64,000 nucleotides of DNA from Candidatus Aenigmatarchaeota archaeon (GCA_039000985.1 JAWBMD010000003.1:5979-69978); one strand, 5' to 3'; numbered from the stretch's first letter, positions 36,411 to 45,231 are shown. Notes: generated by a model from the letters alone, not told the origin. Numbers and translations: made by a program.

Positions 36411-38017
36411 TATACTTTTATTTCTTCAACAATTTCTTTTGTTTCTTCTTTCTTTTCCTCAACTTCTTTATATTTTCCTTCCTCAATTAATTTAATAACT
36501 TTTTCGAAAATTATTTTTTCATCTTTGTTAACTATATTGGATAAATATTCGGAAAAAACTTTTGAATAAGCTTCAAAGATACCTCTTCTTTGTCTAGCTT
36601 CTTGTAATCTTATTTTTTTGCTTAAATATAAGCCAAGCTTTCTACCAGCTTCTTGCAATGCAAGCTTTATTTCTTTTAATATTTCTGGATATTCAGCAAT
36701 TGCTTGTTTACCTTCGCTTTTATAAGGTATCCAAACAGAGATTAAATCAACAAATATAACCATTGGAGCTACGGGAAATCCTTTTTGCTGGCTTATTTTG
36801 TAATTTCTCCAATCTATTTCCTCAACAGCCCTTGTAATAACACAGTCATGTTGATTATAAAGTAAAGGAGTATGATTAGCAAATCTTATTAAAATAGAAG
36901 GATTTTCGTTACCAATAGTATTTATTAAATTACCACCATAAGCTATTGCTGCTTGTACCTGAAAAGGATTTCCTCTATAAACTGATGGTTTTCTAGTTAC
37001 TGCCACAACAAACTCTGCATTAAATTCTTTTTTCAAGCTTTGTTCAATAAATTCATTTTTTAATGGAGAAAGACAATCTGTTGGTGGTGCTTTTAGTTTT
37101 AAAGATTGCAATGCTCTATATAATTTTTCTATTTCTTTTTCACTTAATTCCTCACATTTTTTATCAATAGAAATTCTAGCTAATTTACAAGCTTTAATGG
37201 CATTATTCTTACCAACTCTTGAAAATTCTTTTGTTAAAAAAGATAAAACAGTTTTTCCAGTTGATAATTGAAGCATTCTTTTAAATCTTCCCAACTCTAC
37301 TCCATAAGGATGGGGCTTTATTTCCTTAGGTAATGGTGGTAATTCATTTGTTAATCTTTCAAGCTTTATTACATTGTTGTTCGGATCTTCATAAATTATT
37401 TCAATAAATGGATTTGCAAGCCAAATATATCTTAAATAAGTTGGTATTGATTGACCTTTTTCTATATATCTCCCTTCAACAGTTAAATCCATTATTAATC
37501 CATGTTTATTACCATCAATGTTTTTAAAATTTGTTGAAATAACTTTTGGTTCATTTTTCAAAACATCTATAGTCATTTCTATATCATATCTTTTTCCTTT
37601 ATAAAATGTTGATATAATAGCTGGCTTACCTGTTGTTAATTGAGCATATAAAATAGCTCCCTTAGCTCCTATGCCCTGGGTACCAACACTTTGTCTTAAT
37701 CTATAAAATTTGCTACCAACTAAAAATTTTCCAAATGCAAATGGTATTTTATCTGGCGGTAGACCAGGACCATTATCTTCAACCCTAATCCTAAAGACAT
37801 TTTCCGAATCCGATTTCACAGAAACTTTTATAGTTGGTAATATGCCAGCTTCCAATGCAGCATCTATTGAATTATCAACCATTTCCTTTACAACAGTTAG
37901 CAAGCTTTTAGTTGGATTTTCATAACCAAGCAAATGTCTATTTTTTTCAAAAAATTCAGATATACTTATTTCTCTTATTTTTTCACCCATTAAATCAACA
38001 ATACCATCTTGAGCCAT
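36410..38017 (-). CDS. top6B: DNA topoisomerase VI subunit B
   Basis: GHKL ATPase motifs EMVDNSIDA, EDNGPG, GTQGIGAKG. 535 aa. Stop abuts the top6A start. Confidence 0.92.
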   Translation of the reverse strand: MAQDGIVDLMGEKIREISISEFFEKNRHLLGYENPTKSLLTVVKEMVDNSIDAALEAGILPTIKVSVKSDSENVFRIRVEDNGPGLPPDKIPFAFGKFLVGSKFYRLRQSVGTQGIGAKGAILYAQLTTGKPAIISTFYKGKRYDIEMTIDVLKNEPKVISTNFKNIDGNKHGLIMDLTVEGRYIEKGQSIPTYLRYIWLANPFIEIIYEDPNNNVIKLERLTNELPPLPKEIKPHPYGVELGRFKRMLQLSTGKTVLSFLTKEFSRVGKNNAIKACKLARISIDKKCEELSEKEIEKLYRALQSLKLKAPPTDCLSPLKNEFIEQSLKKEFNAEFVVAVTRKPSVYRGNPFQVQAAIAYGGNLINTIGNENPSILIRFANHTPLLYNQHDCVITRAVEEIDWRNYKISQQKGFPVAPMVIFVDLISVWIPYKSEGKQAIAEYPEILKEIKLALQEAGRKLGLYLSKKIRLQEARQRRGIFEAYSKVFSEYLSNIVNKDEKIIFEKVIKLIEEGKYKEVEEKKEETKEIVEEIKV

Positions 38018-38082
38018 AATATATTAAATTAGCTGCAAAATATATTTTACGAATATTTATTTTTGTTGATAGAATTAAATTT

Positions 38083-38754
38083 ATGAGTATAGCTAACTGG
38101 ATAGGTATTTTAATAATGATAATAGTTGTACTATATTTCTTAAAAACTGAAACAGGAAGCTATTATTTAGATTTGGTAAAAACAGCTTTAGGTTCTTTAG
38201 TGCCAAAGATTTTTAAATCAGAAGCAGCTGGCAATACAACAGTAGAAGTTTTTATGGAATCAAAAAATTCATTACAAAGCTTTAACATAGAAGTTAAAGA
38301 AACTGAACTTAGAATAACTACAGAAGCTGAAAATATGAAAAACTTAAATATAAAAATAGCTGAGATAAAAAAATTAAAAAACGGAACAATAGAGATAAAT
38401 ATGAGTATTAAAAAAGGTTTTCTTTTGTGGAAGGATGATGGAAGCTTGAAGTTTATTGGAAGTATTTATAAAATGAGCTTAGATGATTTATCATTTCCTT
38501 CAGATATTGGTTTCGAAGTTAATATAGAAGCATATCCGAAAAAGTTTAGTATAGATGAAATTAAAGCAAAGGAATTAGTTTTTCTCAACTCGTTTGGTAA
38601 TCTTAGTACAGAAAAAGGGATATTAAAATTAAAAGGTGATGAACTAAGATTGAAATCATTTAGTGGTTCATTATCGTTAAACAATTTCATTAAAATAAAA
38701 GGAGTTGTTTCTAAAATGCTAATAAATAATAAGCCTGCAGATATATTATCATGA
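38083..38754 (+). CDS. Membrane-anchored protein, function unknown
   Basis: 223 aa, N-terminal TM. ATGA overlap with the downstream SepF-like gene. Confidence 0.55.
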   Translation: MSIANWIGILIMIIVVLYFLKTETGSYYLDLVKTALGSLVPKIFKSEAAGNTTVEVFMESKNSLQSFNIEVKETELRITTEAENMKNLNIKIAEIKKLKNGTIEINMSIKKGFLLWKDDGSLKFIGSIYKMSLDDLSFPSDIGFEVNIEAYPKKFSIDEIKAKELVFLNSFGNLSTEKGILKLKGDELRLKSFSGSLSLNNFIKIKGVVSKMLINNKPADILS

Positions 38755-39095
38755 AGAAAATAATTGAAACAATGAAAAATCTGTTCGAAAAAATATTTTA
38801 TGTTAGAGAAGAGAAGCTAGAACTAACAGAAATAAAAGATACTTTTCAAAAATATCCATTGAAAGTAGAAAAGCTTTTGAACTATCAAGATGTAGAAAGA
38901 ATAGCAAGAATTGTTAGAGATGGTAATTTAACTTTAGTAAGTGTAAAAGATTTGCAAAAGAAAGATTTGAGTGAGTTTCAGAATTCTTTAATAAAGCTGA
39001 AAAAAATAGCAAACCAATTCAAATGGGATATGGTTGGAATAGAGGATGGTTATTTAATAATATCTCCTGGATTTGCGGTAATAGAAAGAAAATAA
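38751..39095 (+). CDS. sepF: SepF-like cell-division protein
   Basis: 114 aa. YQDVERIARIVRDGNLTLVSVKDL...GIEDGYLIISPGFAVI follows the SepF/DUF552 core pattern. Confidence 0.6.
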   Translation: MKKIIETMKNLFEKIFYVREEKLELTEIKDTFQKYPLKVEKLLNYQDVERIARIVRDGNLTLVSVKDLQKKDLSEFQNSLIKLKKIANQFKWDMVGIEDGYLIISPGFAVIERK

Positions 39096-39098
39096 ACT

Positions 39099-39764
39099 TT
39101 ATTTTTTATAAATTTTTATTTCATCAAAAAAATCATTTTGAATACAATCTATTAATCCTTTCTTATCTAAATGTAAAACTGGAACAAAATAACTTACTAT
39201 ATTTTCAACATTCCATTCATCAACTATTTCATCAAACAAAATAAATCCTTTATCTTTGCACAAATTAACTATTTTTTCATAAACATCATTCATTCTTTTT
39301 TCAAAATCCTTAGCTTGACCAATTCTTATTTCTATTTGTCTTCTTCTTTCCCAAATTCTTCTTTCCTTTTTCTCTTTTAGTTCAATAACTTTTTTTAAAG
39401 CAATTATTAAATCATTCAAAGTTATAGGACCTTTTGGAATTCTTCTAATAGGGCTTTCAACATAAACTTCAATTTTTTCTACTGTTTCAACTTTTTCCTC
39501 TTTTGTTACTTCCTCCTCTTCCTTCTTTCTATCCAAATATTCCACTTTTATTCTAAGCAAAATAGAAGCAACAAAAATAACTTTAGCCGGTATTCTGAAA
39601 TCCAACTCAACTACTTTATTCAAAAAATTTATAAAACCATTACAAAGTTTAACTAAATCTATATTCCATGGGTCTAAATTTTCTAAGCTAACAACATAAT
39701 AAATAATTTCTTCCCAGCTTTCTTTTTTTATTATTTCACTTATTATGTTTTCTTCCAATATCAT
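39099..39764 (-). CDS. scpA: Segregation and condensation protein A (kleisin)
   Basis: 221 aa, ScpA-like N- and C-terminal regions. ATGA overlap with the smc stop. Confidence 0.8.
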   Translation of the reverse strand: MILEENIISEIIKKESWEEIIYYVVSLENLDPWNIDLVKLCNGFINFLNKVVELDFRIPAKVIFVASILLRIKVEYLDRKKEEEEVTKEEKVETVEKIEVYVESPIRRIPKGPITLNDLIIALKKVIELKEKKERRIWERRRQIEIRIGQAKDFEKRMNDVYEKIVNLCKDKGFILFDEIVDEWNVENIVSYFVPVLHLDKKGLIDCIQNDFFDEIKIYKK

Positions 39765-42700
39765 TTTGGTAATTCCAAGCTTACTATTTTTGATTCCCCA
39801 TCTTCCATGCTTACTCCATATATATAATCAGCAAACTTAAGAGCTTCTTCGTTATGCGAAATAACTATGAATTGAGAATCTTTTGAAAATTCTTTAATGA
39901 CTTTCCAAATTAGTGTTGTGTTTTCTTTATCTAATGCTGCATCTATTTCATCAAACAAATAAAATAATGATGGTTTATATCTTTGAATAGCTAAAATAAA
40001 AGCTAAAGCTGTTACAGTTTTTTCTCCACCAGATAAAGAATCTATGTTAACAAGCTTTTTACCTGGAAAACTTGCTCTTATTAGTAAGCCGCTATCAATA
40101 TTATCCTTTTCCTCAAGCTCAAGAGAAGCCTCCCCACCATTAATCCTTTTAAATATTTCATTAAAATTGTTACTTATTGCATTTAATGTTGAAATAAAAA
40201 CTTCTTTTCTCCTTTTCTCTATTTCATCAATCATTTTTAAAACAGCATCCCTTTCTTCACTAATTTTTTTAAATTTCAAAAAAATTTCTTCATATTCAGC
40301 TTTAAATTTCTCTAGCTCTTCTTCTGCTCTAAAATTAATGGTACCCAAGCTTTCTATCTTATTTGAAACTACTTTTATTTCATTTTCTATTTCGTTCAAA
40401 CTTTTATTTACAAAAACAACATCTTTATATTGTTGCAACTCCATTCTAACATTTTCAAAATCACTTTCTACTTTACCTTTATGAAAATTCAACTTGTTTA
40501 TTTCATTTTGTAATTTGATTTTTTCTTCAATTAATTTCCTTCTTTTTTCTTTTAATGTTTCTAAAAGGATTGCAGAATTTTTTCTTAAGCTTTCTAAATT
40601 TTCCAAATCTTTACTTTCTTCTTTTGCTATTTCAAATTTAGATAATTCTTTTAAAATTTTTTCTCTTTCTTCTTTTAGTTTATTTAATTCCTCAATAGCT
40701 ATTTTTCTTTTTTCAATAAGCTCATCTATATTAAACTCTTTTTTCCACGATTTTTTAACTAAATAACCACCAGTTAAAGCACCACTTCTCTCTATTAAAT
40801 CACCATCTAATGTAACCATTCTAACTTCTCCAATTCCTATTTTTTCAACCGTATCTAAATCCTTAACAATTATTGTATTTCCAAATACAAATTCTATAGC
40901 ATTTCTAAATTTTTCATCAAATTTTAACAAATTGCTAGCAATACCGATATAACCATCTATGTTTTTAAATTTACTATCATCAATAACTTTACCCTTTATT
41001 TTATCTAATGGTAAAAATGTAGCTCTACCAATTTTATTATCTCTTAAATATTCTATACACAATCTAGCAATTTTAAAATCTTCAACAACTAAATCGTAAT
41101 AATGATTTGCGGCAGCTATCTCTATTGCATATTCTAATTCTCTAGGAAATTTAATTAAAGAAGATATAGTACCAAAAACTCCTCTCAAATTTAATTTTAA
41201 TACTGCTTTTACAGGAGAAGGAATTTCTTCTATTTGCTTAGCTTCAGCCCTCGCTATGCTTTCATTAATGTTTTCTATTTCTCTTTCTTTAATTGTTATT
41301 TTGCTTTCTATTATACTTAAAGAATTTTGTAGTTTAATATATTCTTTTTCTTTTTCTAAGTTTTTGTAAGCGTTATAAATTTTTTCACCAATATCTTTAA
41401 GCACATTTTCATTTTTCTCTATTTCTTGTTCTATTTTTTCACTTTCTTCTTCAATTTTCTTTTTCCTTTCTTCTAAAATATTCAAATTTTTTTCAATACT
41501 TTCTAAATTTTTTAATAAATATTCTTCTTTTTTCTTCCAATACGATGCTTTTAAAGTAATTAGAGTTTTTTGGAGAGATTTGTAAGTATCAGCTATTTCT
41601 TTCTCTCTTTTCAATTTTTCTAAAATTTGATTTTTTTGATTAACAACAATTTCAACCTCTTTTAATTTTTGATTAACAAATTCCAAATCTTTTAGAGCTT
41701 TCTCCTTTTTTTCATTATACTCGCTTATTCCACAAATTTCATCTATTATTGCTTTTCTCTCTAAAGGATTCATTTCTATTATGTTTGCAACATCTCCTTG
41801 CAAAACTATATTATGTCCATCTGGATAAATTCTTACTGAAGATAAAACTTGTAAGATTTTTTCTCTTGTTGTAGTAATACCATTAAGTTTATAAACAGTA
41901 AATCCCTTTCTATTTACTTTTCTTGTAATTGTTATTTCTTGAGAATCTTCACCAAATATTTTATTTGAGTTATCGAAAGCTATAGAAACAGAAGCAATTT
42001 CTGCAGGTTTTTTATTTGGTGAGCCATGAAAAATTAATTCAGATAATCTATCTGCACGCAAACTTTTTGCACTAGTTCTTCCTAGAACAAAGCAAATAGC
42101 ATCTATTATATTGCTATTATGAACAATAATGTTATTAGCAATAAAATTGTGAAAATCTTTTATGCACAAATCATAAACCCATTTCTTTTTGTTTTCTTGT
42201 TTAATTTCAACGATTTCATCCCAAAATATATCAGATTTAATAAGCAAGTTAGCTAAATTTTCATCAATATCTTCTAAATTTAAATTTATATCATTACAAT
42301 CTCTCAAAACAGCTATTTTTTCTCCAATCCTTAAATATTTTGATGGAATAGAAACTATTGAATTATTTCTTAAAACAAAAAATGGATGAGAATAAGTTAC
42401 GGTCAATTCTTTACCACTAGCTGTTATTATTTTCAATAATTTGCAATCTATTCTTTTTATAAATGCATCTATTTTTCTTTCCTCAACTTTCAAAGTAAAT
42501 GGATTTATAGAAAGAACTTTATAATTGTTTGGATTATCTATACAGAAAACCCCATCAGATAGTTTTTTTATTTCTGAGCAGTTTTTTAAAGATTCATCAA
42601 CAATTTCTTCAATAGTTTTATATTCCCAATTAGATAAAGCTACTAATGTATTACCATCAACACATTTACCACTTCCATTTGGTCCTGTTATAATAGTTAT

Positions 42701-42772
42701 ACCTTTTTTAAATGGAATAGATATTCTTTTATTAAAGCTTTTAAATCCTTGCAATGTTAACTTTGTTATCAT
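39761..42772 (-). CDS. smc: SMC chromosome-segregation ATPase, intein-containing precursor (about 820 aa after splicing)
   Basis: Walker A GPNGSGK|...|SNIIDAICFVLG interrupted by an intein. Long coiled coils, hinge region, signature LSGGEKT, Walker B LFDEIDAALD. Confidence 0.93.
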   Translation of the reverse strand: MITKLTLQGFKSFNKRISIPFKKGITIITGPNGSGKCVDGNTLVALSNWEYKTIEEIVDESLKNCSEIKKLSDGVFCIDNPNNYKVLSINPFTLKVEERKIDAFIKRIDCKLLKIITASGKELTVTYSHPFFVLRNNSIVSIPSKYLRIGEKIAVLRDCNDINLNLEDIDENLANLLIKSDIFWDEIVEIKQENKKKWVYDLCIKDFHNFIANNIIVHNSNIIDAICFVLGRTSAKSLRADRLSELIFHGSPNKKPAEIASVSIAFDNSNKIFGEDSQEITITRKVNRKGFTVYKLNGITTTREKILQVLSSVRIYPDGHNIVLQGDVANIIEMNPLERKAIIDEICGISEYNEKKEKALKDLEFVNQKLKEVEIVVNQKNQILEKLKREKEIADTYKSLQKTLITLKASYWKKKEEYLLKNLESIEKNLNILEERKKKIEEESEKIEQEIEKNENVLKDIGEKIYNAYKNLEKEKEYIKLQNSLSIIESKITIKEREIENINESIARAEAKQIEEIPSPVKAVLKLNLRGVFGTISSLIKFPRELEYAIEIAAANHYYDLVVEDFKIARLCIEYLRDNKIGRATFLPLDKIKGKVIDDSKFKNIDGYIGIASNLLKFDEKFRNAIEFVFGNTIIVKDLDTVEKIGIGEVRMVTLDGDLIERSGALTGGYLVKKSWKKEFNIDELIEKRKIAIEELNKLKEEREKILKELSKFEIAKEESKDLENLESLRKNSAILLETLKEKRRKLIEEKIKLQNEINKLNFHKGKVESDFENVRMELQQYKDVVFVNKSLNEIENEIKVVSNKIESLGTINFRAEEELEKFKAEYEEIFLKFKKISEERDAVLKMIDEIEKRRKEVFISTLNAISNNFNEIFKRINGGEASLELEEKDNIDSGLLIRASFPGKKLVNIDSLSGGEKTVTALAFILAIQRYKPSLFYLFDEIDAALDKENTTLIWKVIKEFSKDSQFIVISHNEEALKFADYIYGVSMEDGESKIVSLELPK
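42116..42664 (-). mobile_element. Mini-intein (183 aa) inserted in the SMC Walker A loop
   Basis: Starts with Cys (CVDGNTLV) right after GSGK. Block B TYSH; ends IVHN followed by Ser (+1). No endonuclease-sized insert or LAGLIDADG motif seen. Confidence 0.85.
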
Positions 42773-43269
42773 GAAATTTTTAAAGCACTTTTTATTTCAT
42801 TAATTATGCTTTCTCCCAATTTTTTACAATCTTCAAAAAAATTTTTTCTAACATTGGAATAAAAATTGTTGTGATAAAATTTAAGTAATGTTTTATAAAA
42901 AATAGTTTTTTCTATTGGTGTATCTAGGTAATACTCTGTAACAAGTTTAACTATTATGGAAATAGATAAATTACCTGGCTTATCAGAAGCTTTTGGTTGA
43001 TCTCCATTAAATATTAATTCTACAAAAGTAAATGTTCTTTCATCATGTTTTTTTAATATATATAACCTAATAAAAAATCCAAATTTCTCGTCGCTAGTTG
43101 CATCCCATCGAAAATCTCTTTCAAATATTTCATCATCAGAAATACCCAATTTAACTTTCAATAATTCCAAAACTTTTTTATATGCTTCAAATGGATCAGG
43201 TCCTTTATATTCTATTTTTAATTTTGCTGTTGGTTCCATACAATCATCCTCAAACCTTATTACAGCCAT
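42769..43269 (-). CDS. Uncharacterised protein, paralog of 43270..43752; translationally coupled to smc
   Basis: 166 aa. Shares the pattern Y.GP.P......L......D..I.ER..RWD....EKF....F......T..FVE....G...P......G..SI with its neighbour. TGA overlaps the smc ATG (ATGA). Confidence 0.7.
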   Translation of the reverse strand: MAVIRFEDDCMEPTAKLKIEYKGPDPFEAYKKVLELLKVKLGISDDEIFERDFRWDATSDEKFGFFIRLYILKKHDERTFTFVELIFNGDQPKASDKPGNLSISIIVKLVTEYYLDTPIEKTIFYKTLLKFYHNNFYSNVRKNFFEDCKKLGESIINEIKSALKIS

Positions 43270-43752
43270 TTAAACTCTTATATTTAAAAAGTTTTTTATG
43301 TTATTCTCCAATAAGCTAATAATTTGTTTGCATTCATCCTTATATTTATTAATCTCTGCCTCCAAATGCCTTCTATAGACAAATCCAAATAACCCAGCTA
43401 TAAAAGAAGTTTCCATAGTCGTATTTTTTATTCTAGGGTCTATTAAGATAGATACTTTACCTTCTCTTTCAAATTCTTTGCTAGGTTTTGTTGAACCATC
43501 TATTTTTATTTCAACAAAAATGTATGTTGTTTCAGTTAAATATTTTGTAACAAAAAATGTAGAAGAAAATTTTTCTTCCATTGTGCTTCTATCCCATCTC
43601 AATTCTCTTTCCTCAATATTTTTATCTTCAACACCAAATACTCTTTTTAACATGTTTTTCATTTCAAAGTAAATATTTTCTGGTTTTGGTCCAACGTAAT
43701 TTATAACTAATGGTAATGTTAAACATGGTTCATCTATTATAATCTTAGCCAT
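43270..43752 (-). CDS. Uncharacterised protein, paralog of 42769..43269
   Basis: 160 aa. TAA is immediately followed by the ATG of the paralog. Confidence 0.7.
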   Translation of the reverse strand: MAKIIIDEPCLTLPLVINYVGPKPENIYFEMKNMLKRVFGVEDKNIEERELRWDRSTMEEKFSSTFFVTKYLTETTYIFVEIKIDGSTKPSKEFEREGKVSILIDPRIKNTTMETSFIAGLFGFVYRRHLEAEINKYKDECKQIISLLENNIKNFLNIRV

Positions 43753-43851
43753 AATTATTTTTTCTAAACTTGCAAATTTATTTTACTTCTTTTCACAAAA
43801 CTTCCAATTAAGAAAAAGTTAGGAGAAATAATTTTACAAAAATTTTTGATG

Positions 43852-43867
43852 CCTAGATTGAGAATTT
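43852..43867 (-). promoter_or_regulatory. 3' strand of the pre-16S processing stem (CCTAGATTGAGAATTT on the + strand)
   Basis: Perfect 16-nt complement of 46636..46651. The two segments bracket the 16S gene, as in archaeal pre-rRNA processing helices. Confidence 0.75.
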
Positions 43868-43893
43868 TATGGTGATCCAGCCGCACGTTCCCG

Positions 43894-43980
43894 TTGCCTG
43901 ATATGTGGAAATCTCGTTTCACCATAAATTCTTCATCGCTCAGAATCAACCCAAGCTTTCATTATTTTTTCCACATATCT
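43894..43980 (-). other. 87-nt insertion in the 5' strand of 16S helix 45 (putative intron)
   Basis: Splits CCGTA|CGGGAACGTGCGG. The ends form a 12-bp stem, GATATGTGGAAA/TTTCCACATATC. Confidence 0.65.
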
Positions 43981-44396
43981 TACGGCTACCTTGTGACGAC
44001 TTACCCCCCCTCGCAGAGGTTCTACTCGACTATTTCTTCAATAGCCTTGTAGAACCTCTACTCGGTTGGGTTGACGGGCAGTGTGAGCAAAGGACAGGGA
44101 CGTATTCAGCGAACGTTAGTGACGTCCGCTTACTAGGGATTCCAGCTTCACGAGGGCGAGTTACAACCCTCGATCTGAACTGAGCACGCTTTTTAGGGAT
44201 TTGCTCTCCCTTTCGGGTTCGCATCCCATTGTAGCGTGCATTGTGTCGCGCGTGTAGCCCAGCGCAATAGGGGCATACGGACTTCGACCAGCTAGAGAGC
44301 ATTTATTAAACTTTTCATGTCTTCAAAAATTTTATCAAAAGCTTGAAGTTCTTCGCGATTAAAACTATCTAATTTTCTCTTAGTTTCTATTAGTCC

Positions 44397-44726
44397 TCAA
44401 ACTTTAATCATTGGAAAATTGAATTTAATTTTGAATCCTTGAAAAGCCAATTTTTGAATTTGTTCTTTTATTTCTCTTTTTGAGAAGGAATTTATTTCTT
44501 TGCATTCTATCACTATGTTACTGTCAGGTAAGAAAAAGTCAACTATAAGATTTTCTTTGAGTGGAAAGTTAACATGGAACCCAATATTCTTCTCCGATAG
44601 CGCTTTCTCCAGTAATCTCTCTTGTGGTGCACGTCTCTTTTTGAGACTTTCTATAGCTCCTTTTCTTCTTGCTTTTTGTGCTGCATAACTTTTTCCATGT
44701 ACTTTAAACCATTCGATAGCTTCCAT
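44397..44726 (-). CDS. PD-(D/E)XK (Vsr/DUF559-like) nuclease encoded in the 16S intron; candidate homing endonuclease
   Basis: 109 aa. ERLLEKALSEKNIGFHVNFPLKENLIVDFFLPDSNIVIECKE gives D...ExK spacing as in DUF559/Vsr-fold nucleases. The TGA stop is followed by 34 more in-frame codons. Confidence 0.6.
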   Translation of the reverse strand: MEAIEWFKVHGKSYAAQKARRKGAIESLKKRRAPQERLLEKALSEKNIGFHVNFPLKENLIVDFFLPDSNIVIECKEINSFSKREIKEQIQKLAFQGFKIKFNFPMIKV

Positions 44727-44766
44727 CTGAGATTTCTAAATCTATTTATTACTTCAGATAAAATTA

Positions 44767-44949
44767 CTACCCGCATTCTACTCTGAATTTTATTAACCAA
44801 TTTTCTGCAGTTTTAAATTGCATTGTTTTTATTTTACCTAACTCGTACTTGTTGATATTTTTGGAAGGACTTCCTACGAATTTCTCAAACTCATTTTGTG
44901 ATAATCCTAATGCTAACCTTAATATCAATAGTTTTTGAGGGTTTAACAT
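44767..44949 (-). CDS. XRE-type helix-turn-helix protein encoded in the 16S intron
   Basis: 60 aa. LILRLALGLSQNEFEKFVGSPSKNINKYELGK fits the Cro/C1 HTH pattern. Lies upstream of the nuclease ORF on the rRNA sense strand. Confidence 0.55.
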   Translation of the reverse strand: MLNPQKLLILRLALGLSQNEFEKFVGSPSKNINKYELGKIKTMQFKTAENWLIKFRVECG

Positions 44950-45200
44950 TAGAATTTCTGGAGAAATCTCCGTAAAGTTTTTGTTTCTATCTTTACTTCT
45001 TTAAAGAGTTTTCTTATTTTATCCTCTGGAATTATAGTTTTTGGTATATATATTATACTGATGTACGACCATTTAAATCTTACTGACCAACTCTCTAGCT
45101 GTCTACCGTCGCCCACACCTTCCTCCCACTTATCGCGGGCAGTCTCCCATGAGTGCCTCCTTTCTTTCGAAAGGAGTAGCAACATGGGATGTGGGTCTCG

Positions 45201-45231
45201 CTTCAACCCTGACCAGAAATACTCTGGTCAA
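45201..45231 (-). other. About 31-nt hairpin insertion in the 16S 1100 region
   Basis: Splits the conserved AACGA|GCGAGACCC block. Forms TGACCAGA..TCTGGTCA. Confidence 0.45.

Larger units (their letters stand above)
44283..45102 (-). mobile_element. About 820-nt 16S rRNA intron (near E. coli position ~1200) carrying HTH and nuclease ORFs; boundaries +/-30 nt
   Basis: Splits GGCGACGGTAG|GTCCGTATGCCCC. 11-nt complementary segments (CAGCTAGAGAG/CTCTCTAGCTG) lie next to both junctions. AT-rich interior, unlike the flanking rRNA. Confidence 0.75.

Noticed and set aside
39023-39244. 73-aa plus-strand ORF across the sepF/scpA junction
   Set aside because: It overlaps the ends of two supported genes in wrong frames and has no independent support.
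43764-43949. 61-aa ORF spanning the 16S 3' flank
   Set aside because: It crosses the processing stem and the 16S 3' end and has no coding features.
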